A stretch of 25,699 nt of DNA from a virus. Lineage: Duplodnaviria > Caudoviricetes. Shown in pieces: positions 1 to 8,649 of this stretch. A program made the position numbers and the translations under genes. The stretch spans positions 1 to 25,699 of the IMG/VR virus record IMGVR_UViG_3300025575_000043; one strand, written 5' to 3'. How positions within the stretch are numbered: position 1 is the first letter of the stretch; every line of letters starts with the position of its first letter. Under the pieces are notes generated by a model that saw only the letters and a program-made list of their open reading frames with translations, ran no database searches and was not told where the DNA came from.

Positions 1-91
1 GATCATATAATGCCTTTTTCTTTTGACAGATTGGACATTTCTGGTAGAGTAAAACTCCACCGCCCCAACCACTTCCTTTAGTTCTTGACAT
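1..91 (-). CDS. Hypothetical protein, runs off the window edge (MSRTKGSGWGGGVLLYQKCPICQKKKALYD...), possible Zn ribbon
   Basis: Manual translation; ATG at 91 with AT-rich leader; CPIC motif; open to position 1. Confidence 0.6.
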   Translation of the reverse strand, partial: MSRTKGSGWGGGVLLYQKCPICQKKKALYD

Positions 92-123
92 AGTTTCAAT
101 TTTTATGAGTAATTAAAAACAAA

Positions 124-217
124 TTATAACACCGTATTGCGACAATTGGCGGACACTTTTATCAAGCCGGACGCATAATCAGGGTGCAAACCTGCACATA
201 GCGGCGATCCGTTATAA
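124..217 (-). repeat. attC-like imperfect palindrome
   Basis: Terminal 7-bp inverted repeat TTATAAC (124-130)/GTTATAA (211-217) with inner imperfect arms; begins 5 bp after the stop of the ORF ending at 223. Confidence 0.5.
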
Positions 218-222
218 ACTAA

Positions 223-459
223 TTAAATTCGCTTGACACTTGATAGTTCTTTGACTTCGAAGCGGCTTCCACTACTGTATCCAGATACCTCAATTTCATC
301 AATAAGGTAAACCTTATCGCCAGCAACTCCAATTCTTTGACTACTATAAGAATCTTCAAATAAAGTTTCAATAATGTCAAATTCTCCTAAAAATTCATTA
401 AACTTTTTTGACCCATCTTTATTAAATTCATTGTCGTAGTTTCTTTTGTGTATTTCCAT
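223..459 (-). CDS. Hypothetical protein (78 aa)
   Basis: ORF track 223..522; start moved to ATG at 459 (MEIHKRNY) after an AT-rich leader. Confidence 0.65.
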   Translation of the reverse strand: MEIHKRNYDNEFNKDGSKKFNEFLGEFDIIETLFEDSYSSQRIGVAGDKVYLIDEIEVSGYSSGSRFEVKELSSVKRI

Positions 460-522
460 TTTGAATCGTTTTAAAATCAGCTTATAATCAAGTAGACGGC
501 TCCGCCAGTAATTAGCTGACAA

Positions 523-738
523 CTAACTCTCTCTCTTAATAATTGCCGTGACTTTCTTTTCGTTCGTTATTTTAATCGAAAAATCACACCCCATTTCTTT
601 TTTAGCTTTCGCCTTTGTCTGGCGCAAGACTTCTTTATATGCTTCCACCTCGACTATTTGACCTATTTCAACAAGACTTCGGAATGCGTTTATAAGCATC
701 GTGTCTCTTGCGTTACTGCCTGTTTGCTTTTTTGCCAT
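523..738 (-). CDS. Small basic hypothetical protein, possibly DNA-binding; first gene after the leftward promoter
   Basis: ORF track 523..792; ATG at 738 (MAKKQTG) lies downstream of the leftward promoter. Confidence 0.65.
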   Translation of the reverse strand: MAKKQTGSNARDTMLINAFRSLVEIGQIVEVEAYKEVLRQTKAKAKKEMGCDFSIKITNEKKVTAIIKRES

Positions 739-763
739 TTCATTTATGTGTTTAAATTCGGTA

Positions 764-793
764 CAAATATAACAATATTTCATTAATAACAAA
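764..793 (-). promoter_or_regulatory. Bacteroidota-type sigma70 promoter (leftward)
   Basis: Minus strand reads TTTG-N18-TATATTTG, matching the -33 TTTG / -7 TAnnTTTG consensus. Confidence 0.65.
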
Positions 794-833
794 CTATTAA
801 TAAAATTTATAAACTTTTTTTTGCATAAATGTA

Positions 834-861
834 TTTGGTATTGAAATATGATTTATCTTTG
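834..861 (+). promoter_or_regulatory. Bacteroidota-type promoter (rightward, early operon)
   Basis: TATCTTTG at 854-861; TTTG at 834-837 (16-nt spacing is short); upstream of ATG 895. Confidence 0.55.
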
Positions 862-894
862 GGGTATTCAAACGTCGAATTAAAACTCAAACTG

Positions 895-1242
895 ATGAAA
901 ACAATTAAAGAAGCTGCAAGGGAATATGCAATAACAAAGAGTTCTAGCGAAGTATTTCAAAATCAACACGTATTAGATTTTAAAGCGGGTTCTGCCGAGG
1001 CTCAACGCTGGATTCCGATTGAAGAAGAACTGCCGGAATTTACATCTGCATATTTTCACAATGCCGTAAATGTAAGATTCGCAATCAATACAGGAGAAGT
1101 ACGAGAAACCACAGCGACATTGGAGGCGGTGCCACGTCATAACTTCAACCCCAGTCCGGTAGATAGTCGGTGGTTTATTTACCCATCATCAGGGCACGAG
1201 TTAAAAGCAGTTACTCATTTTCGACCAATCGAAAGACAATAA
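895..1242 (+). CDS. DUF551-like phage protein
   Basis: WIPIEEELPE...VTHFRPI resembles the DUF551 pattern (WIxVxERLP...VTHWxPL); start moved to ATG 895. Confidence 0.6.
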   Translation: MKTIKEAAREYAITKSSSEVFQNQHVLDFKAGSAEAQRWIPIEEELPEFTSAYFHNAVNVRFAINTGEVRETTATLEAVPRHNFNPSPVDSRWFIYPSSGHELKAVTHFRPIERQ

Positions 1243-1256
1243 TAAAAACTAAAATC

Positions 1257-1379
1257 ATGAAACCTGAAAACAAACAATTATTAAAGTACATCGGAATATT
1301 GGTAGTTGCCATATTCGTTCTGTTGCTGGCAATGTCTGGCGAAAGTATTATTGATAACCTTTTAAAACCACTGAAATGA
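1257..1379 (+). CDS. Small single-TM membrane protein (40 aa)
   Basis: In frame with track ORF 1170..1379; hydrophobic IGILVVAIFVLLLAM. Confidence 0.6.
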   Translation: MKPENKQLLKYIGILVVAIFVLLLAMSGESIIDNLLKPLK

Positions 1380-1531
1380 ACTGGTATGAAATTTTATTCT
1401 GCATTATAGTAGTTATCGCCTTATATTGGGTTTTGACCTTTAAAATAAGCGATAAACCTGACGAATCAAACGCTAGGGTTCGAATGAACCAGACACACAA
1501 AGAAGATGATAAAGACGAAGTAATATTTTAG
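1376..1531 (+). CDS. Small single-TM membrane protein (51 aa, MNWYEILFCIIVVIALYWVLTFK...)
   Basis: Manual translation; ATGA overlap with the previous gene. Confidence 0.6.
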   Translation: MNWYEILFCIIVVIALYWVLTFKISDKPDESNARVRMNQTHKEDDKDEVIF

Positions 1532-1533
1532 CT

Positions 1534-1740
1534 ATGACTGAAATTAAAACTAAACGCCGGAGACGGCCAGCAAAACGTGACGGTTCGCACAATCCCACTG
1601 CTTCACCCGCACTAGGAAACCGTTGGGTAAAAGATACTCTATTGAAGGCAGTATATTACCCGACAACGGAGGCAAAATTTAACAATATCATTGCTCGATT
1701 AAAAAAAGAGAAACGAGAGTTCACAAGTTTTAAAAACTAA
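1534..1740 (+). CDS. Basic hypothetical protein
   Basis: ORF track; tightly packed in operon. Confidence 0.6.
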   Translation: MTEIKTKRRRRPAKRDGSHNPTASPALGNRWVKDTLLKAVYYPTTEAKFNNIIARLKKEKREFTSFKN

Positions 1741-1743
1741 GAT

Positions 1744-1974
1744 ATGAAACAATTACTAGAAAGTTATAGAAAAATCATTGAAAATTGTGGTGAATCAAAG
1801 ATAGAATTGGCAAATGATATGAACCTATTTAATCTGAGTTTTACCACAAAAGTTAAATTAATTCCCTTCGATTACAAAGAACTGAGGCCACATTGTAAGG
1901 ACTGTAAAAGCAATATGTTTTTAAAAAATTCAGGATCATTTTGTCCTGAATGTGGTTTTATATTACCATTTTAA
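1744..1974 (+). CDS. Zn-ribbon protein
   Basis: CKDC...CPECG motif; ends in LPF. Confidence 0.65.
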   Translation: MKQLLESYRKIIENCGESKIELANDMNLFNLSFTTKVKLIPFDYKELRPHCKDCKSNMFLKNSGSFCPECGFILPF

Positions 1975-1983
1975 AATTAAATC

Positions 1984-2310
1984 ATGCAAACAATTGAGGT
2001 AAAGTTTTCCGAAGAGGACAAAAACAAGTTGATCAATCAGATTTGCGAGGAAGCAAATAAGGAATCCAAATGCTATAACCAGCGAGAATATAAAAATGGA
2101 TGGACGCTTGTTTTTGAAAATATTGTTGATTCTGGATTAACAATATTTGCAACGGTATTGATTAATGATTCTTATATCGGCTACAAGCAGTCAAGATACT
2201 CATCAACCGATATTAAATTACTTGAGCATGGAGTTGAGGTAAAATCAAACCTAAACTATGAGTTTGAAGATGCAATCAATAAAGCTCTTATTACCATATT
2301 TCACAGTTAA
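1984..2310 (+). CDS. Hypothetical protein
   Basis: ORF track, 108 aa, operon context. Confidence 0.7.
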   Translation: MQTIEVKFSEEDKNKLINQICEEANKESKCYNQREYKNGWTLVFENIVDSGLTIFATVLINDSYIGYKQSRYSSTDIKLLEHGVEVKSNLNYEFEDAINKALITIFHS

Positions 2311-2334
2311 TTATCACATCTAAAACAAACAAAA

Positions 2335-3174
2335 ATGGAACTCAAAAAAGCACAAAGGAAAACAGTAAAACTTCGTCTGAACTTATCAGGAGCAAGTGGA
2401 AGCGGCAAAACAATGTCAGCTCTATTCATGGCATTTGGTATGATTGGCGACTGGTCCAAAATTGCGGTAATTGATACCGAAAACGGGAGTGCAAGCCTTT
2501 ATTCTCATTTGGGAGAATTTAAAACAATTGATCTGAATGCTCCTTATTCATCGGAAAGATATATTGAAGCTATTGATGTCTGTATTAATGCGGGTATTGA
2601 ATGCCTTATTATTGATAGTTCATCACATGAGTGGAGTGGTGCCGGTGGTTGCATCGAGTCAAACGAAAAACTGGCTCAGTCAAAATACAAAGGCAATACG
2701 TGGAGCGCATGGAATGAAACTACACCAAAACATGATAGGTTTGTCAATAAGATTTTGCAGTCCAATATTCATATAATTACCTGCACTCGCTCTAAAATGG
2801 AAACCATTATGGGCGAAGATAAAAAGGTTAAAAAGGTAGGAATGAAAGATATTCAGCGTGATGGTTGGGAATATGAATTAACCGTATCATTGAATATTGA
2901 ACGCGACACTCACATGGCTACAGCTTCAAAGGATCGTACTGAACTATTTGAAGGCAAAGAACCGTTTGTAATTACACCGGAAACCGGAAAGAAAATAATT
3001 GAATGGTGTAATACTGGAATTGATCAGCTTGATATTGCTATTATTGAAATGTCTGGTTGTGAAACAATGGACAAACTTAAAGAATGTTGGTCTAAATGGA
3101 AGGAATACCAAACAAATTCACTTTTCATGGCAGAAAAGGAAAACCAAAAAATCAAATTAACACCTAAAGAATAA
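2335..3174 (+). CDS. AAA_24-family ATPase, Sak4-like ssDNA annealing/recombination protein
   Basis: Walker A GASGSGKT, IDTENGS, Walker B LIIDS, and WEYELT motif typical of phage AAA_24 proteins. Confidence 0.85.
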   Translation: MELKKAQRKTVKLRLNLSGASGSGKTMSALFMAFGMIGDWSKIAVIDTENGSASLYSHLGEFKTIDLNAPYSSERYIEAIDVCINAGIECLIIDSSSHEWSGAGGCIESNEKLAQSKYKGNTWSAWNETTPKHDRFVNKILQSNIHIITCTRSKMETIMGEDKKVKKVGMKDIQRDGWEYELTVSLNIERDTHMATASKDRTELFEGKEPFVITPETGKKIIEWCNTGIDQLDIAIIEMSGCETMDKLKECWSKWKEYQTNSLFMAEKENQKIKLTPKE

Positions 3175-3644
3175 TGGAACAAATGAACGCACTGGCAGCT
3201 ATAACACTTCTGCCACAAACAAAAGCACAGATCAATAATTTTGTGCGTATTGCAAAGAATGAAATTTTGTCCGGCGATTATAACCCGCTCGAAATTGACC
3301 TGCGATTTAAGGCAATTGAAGAAGTAATTAAGGCTATCAGGACTGATGATGAAATCAAAGAAATGGTAATTTTGGAAGCTGAAAAGTACCCAGAAAAAAC
3401 CGTAAATGTATTTGGTTGTGAGGTTCAGAAACGGAATAATTCGACCTACAATTTCAAGTACTGTAATGATTCTGAACTCGAAAAACTTCAAACGATTGCC
3501 GATGAAGCGAATAAAAACCTGAAAGACAGACAGGAACTTTTGAAGATGTTAAAACCTAATCAACTGGCAAATCCTGAAACTGGTGAGATGATTCAGCCTC
3601 CACTGGTAAGTACAAAAACAATTCTTGCTGTAAAAATTTTATGA
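3174..3644 (+). CDS. Hypothetical phage protein of the recombination module
   Basis: TAATG coupling to the AAA gene; C-terminal NPETGEMIQPP. Confidence 0.75.
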   Translation: MEQMNALAAITLLPQTKAQINNFVRIAKNEILSGDYNPLEIDLRFKAIEEVIKAIRTDDEIKEMVILEAEKYPEKTVNVFGCEVQKRNNSTYNFKYCNDSELEKLQTIADEANKNLKDRQELLKMLKPNQLANPETGEMIQPPLVSTKTILAVKIL

Positions 3645-3688
3645 AAGCACAAATTCATTAACAAATAACTTAAAACAAATCAAAAATC

Positions 3689-4819
3689 ATGAACGAATTA
3701 GTAAAAGTTGACCCGTCAGAACTTGACAACGCAATCAAACAATCAGGACTTCAAATCATCGAAGGTGAAGAAATTAAAGGTTCATATCTTCCATTTTTAA
3801 ATCAGTTGGCAGATATTCAATCTCAGTCGGTAAAAATCAATTTCGAGAACCCGACCCGACTTGACGAAGAAATCGCTGGCACACTTCGCAAAGCAACCGT
3901 AAAAGTAAGAACCGGAGCAAGCAATGTAAAAGATGACCGGAACCGGACGAATCTATTAAAACAGAAATTAGAGGTAGCATCATTCAAGTTGATAGAAGCC
4001 TCATGTAAGCTCACAGAAGATGTCTTTTTAAATGTAGAAAAAGCCCGTGAAATCGCAGAAAAGAAACGTATTCAGGAATTACAGGAATCCAGAACTAACG
4101 AGCTTTCACCTTTTATGGGATTGGAGTTTACATTTATTTCTTCCGGTTTGGGATCAATGGACGAAGCCACATATCAAAACTACTTGTCTAGCGTAAAACT
4201 TGGATATGAGGCCAAAATAAAAGCAGAGCAGGAAGCCGAAACTGAACGGCTGAGACTGATTGAAGTTGACAAAGAAATTGCCAGGCTAAAGGAAATTGAG
4301 GATGAACGAATCAGAAAAGAAAATGAACTTTTGAAACAACAGACAATTGAAGCCGAAAAGAAGTTCGAAGCTGAACGCATCAAACAGGCGCAAATACTTG
4401 CAAAACAAAAAGCCGAGGCTGACGAAAAAGCACGGATTGAATCCGAAAAACAGGCCGCTATTTTGGCAAAAGAAAGAGCCGAAGCAAAAACCAAGCAGGA
4501 TGCTATCGAAAAACAAGCAAAAATTGAAAGAGAGATAGCCGAATCGGAACGCAATGCACTGGCCGCTAAAATTGCCGCCAAAGAATCAGAAGAACGTATA
4601 TTGAAGGCAGAAGCCGAAAAGAAGGAAGCTGATCGTATTGCAGCCGAAAAAGCCGCAGCTAAGGCTCCCGACAAAGAAAAGCTAACCAAGATGGTTGAAT
4701 CAATTACAATCGCTATTCCTGAACTGAGTGATGCTACTTCGGTTGCCGTTGCAAATGTGATCAATGCAAAATTTGAAGCGTTTAAGATTTGGGCAAACAG
4801 TCAAATCCAGTCAATATAA
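3689..4819 (+). CDS. Coiled-coil, E/K/A-rich phage protein
   Basis: 376-aa ORF with a long charged helical tract. Confidence 0.8.
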   Translation: MNELVKVDPSELDNAIKQSGLQIIEGEEIKGSYLPFLNQLADIQSQSVKINFENPTRLDEEIAGTLRKATVKVRTGASNVKDDRNRTNLLKQKLEVASFKLIEASCKLTEDVFLNVEKAREIAEKKRIQELQESRTNELSPFMGLEFTFISSGLGSMDEATYQNYLSSVKLGYEAKIKAEQEAETERLRLIEVDKEIARLKEIEDERIRKENELLKQQTIEAEKKFEAERIKQAQILAKQKAEADEKARIESEKQAAILAKERAEAKTKQDAIEKQAKIEREIAESERNALAAKIAAKESEERILKAEAEKKEADRIAAEKAAAKAPDKEKLTKMVESITIAIPELSDATSVAVANVINAKFEAFKIWANSQIQSI

Positions 4820-4823
4820 AATT

Positions 4824-5033
4824 ATGGAACTATCTGAATTTTACATGGTATTCGTAGAAGGTGAACATACACCCACCTTTAAGCACAGTCTTTATGATTC
4901 TGCTTTGACAGAAGCCAAACGGTTAACCGAAAAGACAAGTAAAACGTCTTATGTTTTGGGAACAATCGTTTCAGTTAAGTTACCGGAAAAGTTTATCATT
5001 GATGATGTTAATGTTTCTCAATTACCGTTTTAA
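4824..5033 (+). CDS. Hypothetical phage protein
   Basis: PTFKH...ALTEAKRL; start moved to ATG 4824; ends in LPF. Confidence 0.7.
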   Translation: MELSEFYMVFVEGEHTPTFKHSLYDSALTEAKRLTEKTSKTSYVLGTIVSVKLPEKFIIDDVNVSQLPF

Positions 5034-5035
5034 GA

Positions 5036-5473
5036 ATGGACTACAAGGCAAAATATTTAGGCGAAAACGTATTTGAACCGTTAACTTCCGAGGATTTTAA
5101 AAAGTCGCTGAAGCTAGGAATTGGCGACTTTGTTGAGTTAATCACATGGAAGGAAAGGAACGTTTACTTTCACCGAAAATATTTTGCTTTACTTAACACC
5201 ACTATTTATTTTTTGCCCGAAGATGAACAATTTGATAGGCTGAGAAATATTGATTATTTACGGAAAGAAATCATGTTGCTGATTGGTGAGGTTGATATTC
5301 ACGTTTCCTTTGATGGAGAAATGCACATGATACCAAAATCAATTAGTTTCAAGTCAATGGATGAAAGTAAATTTCAGCAAATATATTCACTTTCCGTAAA
5401 TGCTATTTTAAAGACCTATCTGAAAAATATATCAATTCAAAATTTTGAAAAATATTTATTATCATTTATCTAA
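5036..5473 (+). CDS. DUF1367-family protein
   Basis: RNVYFHRKYFALL and PKSISFKSMDE signatures. Confidence 0.75.
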   Translation: MDYKAKYLGENVFEPLTSEDFKKSLKLGIGDFVELITWKERNVYFHRKYFALLNTTIYFLPEDEQFDRLRNIDYLRKEIMLLIGEVDIHVSFDGEMHMIPKSISFKSMDESKFQQIYSLSVNAILKTYLKNISIQNFEKYLLSFI

Positions 5474-5478
5474 AAATC

Positions 5479-5646
5479 ATGAAATATCTAGTAATTACAA
5501 ACGACAATCAGCCATTTTATACAAACTGGTTTGATTACGAAAACCTATATAATTCTGATATTATGGTATGTATTTTTGATCTTGAATCAGGAAAACACAC
5601 ACTGAACGGAACTGATTGGATTGAAACGCTGGTAGATCATTTATAA
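5479..5646 (+). CDS. Hypothetical protein (55 aa, MKYLVITNDNQPFYTNWFD...)
   Basis: Manual translation; fills an operon gap. Confidence 0.6.
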   Translation: MKYLVITNDNQPFYTNWFDYENLYNSDIMVCIFDLESGKHTLNGTDWIETLVDHL

Positions 5647-5661
5647 AAATAACACTAACAA

Positions 5662-5838
5662 ATGAAAGAAATAAACTATAATAATTGCGTGTTTAAAAAT
5701 TCATCACCGGCAATATTCGCAGGGTGCAAACATCCTGATGCAACGTGTGCTTGTATTAACGGATGCCACGACAAATATATTAGCCGATATTCAAAAGCCG
5801 GTAAGGAAATAATCAAAGCAAGAAAAACGAAGCCATGA
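5662..5838 (+). CDS. Small Cys-rich protein (58 aa)
   Basis: Manual translation; 5 Cys; ATGA overlap with the next gene. Confidence 0.55.
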   Translation: MKEINYNNCVFKNSSPAIFAGCKHPDATCACINGCHDKYISRYSKAGKEIIKARKTKP

Positions 5839-6245
5839 AAATAACCGTTGAGTTTTATTCAAAAGATGAATCAACTTCTTCTTTTGAAGACAGATTAGAA
5901 AATGTTCTTAGCGCCTTTATCTGTAATTTCAAAATCGTAAATGTCATTCCTTCTGATCAATTAACCATTGAAATAATTGAAAATTGCGTCTGTAACTTTT
6001 TCGCATGCAAGCCAAAAGATTTACAGAAAAAATCCAGAAAACGCGAAGTGGTAAGAATGAGGCAGCTATGTCACTACTTGTCAAGCGAATATCTAAAGGG
6101 AGTAACGCTTGGAACCATTGGCTTTTATTTTGGGAAAAAAGATCATTCAACCGTCAGTAATAGTGTCAAAACCGTAAAGAATTTACTTGAAACTAATATT
6201 CAATTTCAAAACGAATTCAGATCATTCATTGAATCATTTAAATAA
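5835..6245 (+). CDS. DnaA C-terminal (domain IV) HTH protein
   Basis: SRKREVVRMRQLCHYL...TLGTIGFYFGKKDHSTV matches Bac_DnaA_C; no AAA domain. Confidence 0.85.
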   Translation: MKITVEFYSKDESTSSFEDRLENVLSAFICNFKIVNVIPSDQLTIEIIENCVCNFFACKPKDLQKKSRKREVVRMRQLCHYLSSEYLKGVTLGTIGFYFGKKDHSTVSNSVKTVKNLLETNIQFQNEFRSFIESFK

Positions 6246-6424
6246 TGAAAGAGATAATCAAAGAACTGCTAAAAGGATCGGCTGTAATAATCGACATTTC
6301 CGATTTGCCGGAATTCTTTGAGTTTACGCACAAGAGCCGCAATCTTTATGCTTTCTGGTATTCGCAACAGGAAACAACCGTGACGGTAACGATTGATAAA
6401 GAAAATACTATCTTGAGACCTTAA
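6245..6424 (+). CDS. Hypothetical protein (59 aa)
   Basis: Manual translation; TAATG coupling. Confidence 0.55.
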   Translation: MKEIIKELLKGSAVIIDISDLPEFFEFTHKSRNLYAFWYSQQETTVTVTIDKENTILRP

Positions 6425-6443
6425 ATAAAAATGATTTAATCTA

Positions 6444-6473
6444 TTGTTTATTCAAAAAGAATGTTTAAATTTG
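6444..6473 (+). promoter_or_regulatory. Bacteroidota-type promoter
   Basis: TTG-N19-TAAATTTG in an intergenic gap. Confidence 0.55.
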
Positions 6474-6506
6474 AATCAGATTATTAATCATTAAAACTTT
6501 AACCTT

Positions 6507-6656
6507 ATGGAAACTAAATTAGTAAAAATGCCAGAACCGGAAGATTATGGATTTGTAAACAGCGTATCTTTTGACGGAGAACCTGGTGGATGGACATTAG
6601 AGGGTGGAGAAGATGCGTATTACAAAGCTCTTAAAATTTGGGAAGAATATTTTTAA
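6507..6656 (+). CDS. Hypothetical protein (49 aa, METKLVKMPEPEDYG...)
   Basis: Manual translation; follows the promoter and an AT-rich leader. Confidence 0.6.
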   Translation: METKLVKMPEPEDYGFVNSVSFDGEPGGWTLEGGEDAYYKALKIWEEYF

Positions 6657-6668
6657 AAATTAAATACA

Positions 6669-6854
6669 ATGGAACTAAATATTAAGACCGATTTAACTCA
6701 AACACTTGGCATAAGAGAAATGCACGAACTGATTGAGATAAACATTAAAAGTGGTAAAAAATTTGAATGTGTATTTCTCAACAAAGAACAAGCTCAACAG
6801 GTAGTTGAAAAACTTCAATCATTTATAAATAAAGATTATGGAACGAGAAATTAA
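6669..6854 (+). CDS. Hypothetical protein
   Basis: ORF track. Confidence 0.6.
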   Translation: MELNIKTDLTQTLGIREMHELIEINIKSGKKFECVFLNKEQAQQVVEKLQSFINKDYGTRN

Positions 6855-7212
6855 ATTCAAATTCTGGTTAGGTCGCATTAAAAAAATGACCAACGAACAA
6901 TCATTAGTTGATATTGCACATTCTTTTTGGGATTTTACCGAAGATATTATCCCGCTTCAATTTATTGGATCGAATGATAAAAATGGAGATGAAATTTACG
7001 ATGGTGATGTTTTAACTTATGATTATGCCGACTGTAAAGAATTTAAAGAATGGATGATTAACCCGTGTTATGTTGTTAAATATTGCGAAGATAATAACTA
7101 TGTAGTGGCAGGGATTGGAATTAAAAATAAATCATACTGCCACGCATTTAGATTCAAGCATTGTGAAATTTTAGGAAACATTTACGAAAACCCAAAACTT
7201 TTAAAGATATGA
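6838..7212 (+). CDS. YopX-family phage protein
   Basis: REIKFKFW...QFIGSNDKNGDEIYDGDVL...EILGNIYENPKLL. Confidence 0.9.
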   Translation: MEREIKFKFWLGRIKKMTNEQSLVDIAHSFWDFTEDIIPLQFIGSNDKNGDEIYDGDVLTYDYADCKEFKEWMINPCYVVKYCEDNNYVVAGIGIKNKSYCHAFRFKHCEILGNIYENPKLLKI

Positions 7213-7376
7213 CAGATAATTCTAATTACCCATCAGGAGTAAATGATTCTACTTTTGACGAACGAGATGTTTCATACGGAGGATGTATTTATACGTCTGA
7301 CAATTCCAGTGAAACTGAGGAAGAAGAAAACGAACGATTAAGTAAAGAACAAGATTATAACGACCCCGAAAAATGA
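7209..7376 (+). CDS. Small acidic hypothetical protein (55 aa)
   Basis: Manual translation; ATGA overlaps at both ends. Confidence 0.6.
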   Translation: MTDNSNYPSGVNDSTFDERDVSYGGCIYTSDNSSETEEEENERLSKEQDYNDPEK

Positions 7377-7609
7377 CAGTAAAAGAATTAATTAAACAGC
7401 TACAAGAAATGCCTCAGAATTTAACTGTTGCTTGGGCTGATCATGATCATGGCAAATTTGAAACAGGAGCATTTGTTGGTTCGATAGATTTAATAGATAA
7501 AGATGAAATGAACGAAGTTGAAAATGATAACGGATGTGATAATTTCGGGAAAGCATACGATCCTACATTTAAAACTACTCCAAGAAAATATGTGTGTCTG
7601 CGTCCTTAA
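7373..7609 (+). CDS. Hypothetical phage protein
   Basis: Common phage N-terminus MTVKELIKQLQEMPQN. Confidence 0.75.
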   Translation: MTVKELIKQLQEMPQNLTVAWADHDHGKFETGAFVGSIDLIDKDEMNEVENDNGCDNFGKAYDPTFKTTPRKYVCLRP

Positions 7610-7647
7610 TTATTTCAAAAACAGTAAAAATATTAACAATCTGAACT

Positions 7648-7854
7648 ATGAAAACTAATATTTATAAAGAAACTGCACTTATAATTGAAAAAGGAGTTAA
7701 TGGAATGTATGATGAGATAATTGATAGACACATGGATGTTTTAAGACAACAGCCATTTTTATCAAGCGTTCAACATTTTATTGAATCAGGTAAAATTACT
7801 GGCAATTTTCGTTTGCAATTAAGATCAATGCTTAAAGAACTAGATAATTTATGA
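7648..7854 (+). CDS. Hypothetical protein
   Basis: ORF track. Confidence 0.65.
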   Translation: MKTNIYKETALIIEKGVNGMYDEIIDRHMDVLRQQPFLSSVQHFIESGKITGNFRLQLRSMLKELDNL

Positions 7855-8024
7855 AGGGCGGCAAAAGAACCGGAGCAGGGAGGAAACCCGTCACCGATAA
7901 AAAGATTCAATTGACGATTTACGTTCTTACTTCTCAGGTCGAAAAGTTAGGTCGGGAGAAAATCCGTCAAGTCTGCGAAAAAAGTATCAACGAAGCGATA
8001 TTAAACTTATCTGATGGAAAATAA
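7851..8024 (+). CDS. Small putative DNA-binding protein (57 aa) with GGxRxGAGRK motif
   Basis: Manual translation MKGGKRTGAGRKPVTDKKIQLTIYV...; ATGA overlap. Confidence 0.7.
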   Translation: MKGGKRTGAGRKPVTDKKIQLTIYVLTSQVEKLGREKIRQVCEKSINEAILNLSDGK

Positions 8025-8649
8025 AAATAAGTCAAATATTTGTAAATGGAAAGAAGAAACCTGCACTGAAGAGCGGGTTCGGTATCCTGGCAAATCTATT
8101 CTTTCACCATTCTGTCTATATCATCTCAGATGCCACCAAGCAATAAGCCATGTTTACAAGAAAAGGATTGAAATAGCTAAAGATAAGGCCGAACTGGAAA
8201 AGGCTCGCATTTCGAAGAAAAACACACCGCAGGAGAAGTTTTATCAACTAACAGCATGGAAAAATTGCAGTAAGGCGGTTTTACTTCATTACGCTGATGA
8301 AGATTTAATGGTTCAGTGTTGTACTTCTGGCAGATTTTATAAAGTGAATGATTCTGATTTGCATTGCGGGCACTATCATAAATCGGATCGGCATAAATCA
8401 ACGGCATTTGAGTTTAAGAACCTTGCGCCACAATCTGCTTCAGATAACACAAAAAAAGGCGGATTACCTGAAGTTATGGCTGAATGGATTGAAAGAACTC
8501 ACGGAGTAGGAACACTTGAATGGTTGAATATTGAAAAAAATAAAACCCTTCATTTAGATAAAATTACCCTTGAACACATTTCAAAATTTTATCTAAATAT
8601 GCTTAACGAAGAACTAAAGCGTAGAAACATTAAAAACCCTTGGAAATGA
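8014..8649 (+). CDS. ninG: NinG/Rap-like recombination endonuclease
   Basis: QCCTSG...HCGHY...FEFKNLAPQS..DN..GG resembles the NinG His-Me finger. Confidence 0.7.
   Translation: MENKNKSNICKWKEETCTEERVRYPGKSILSPFCLYHLRCHQAISHVYKKRIEIAKDKAELEKARISKKNTPQEKFYQLTAWKNCSKAVLLHYADEDLMVQCCTSGRFYKVNDSDLHCGHYHKSDRHKSTAFEFKNLAPQSASDNTKKGGLPEVMAEWIERTHGVGTLEWLNIEKNKTLHLDKITLEHISKFYLNMLNEELKRRNIKNPWK

Noticed and set aside
4180-4764. 194-aa minus-strand ORF and nested ORFs
   Set aside because: Antisense shadow of the E/K/A-rich coiled-coil gene
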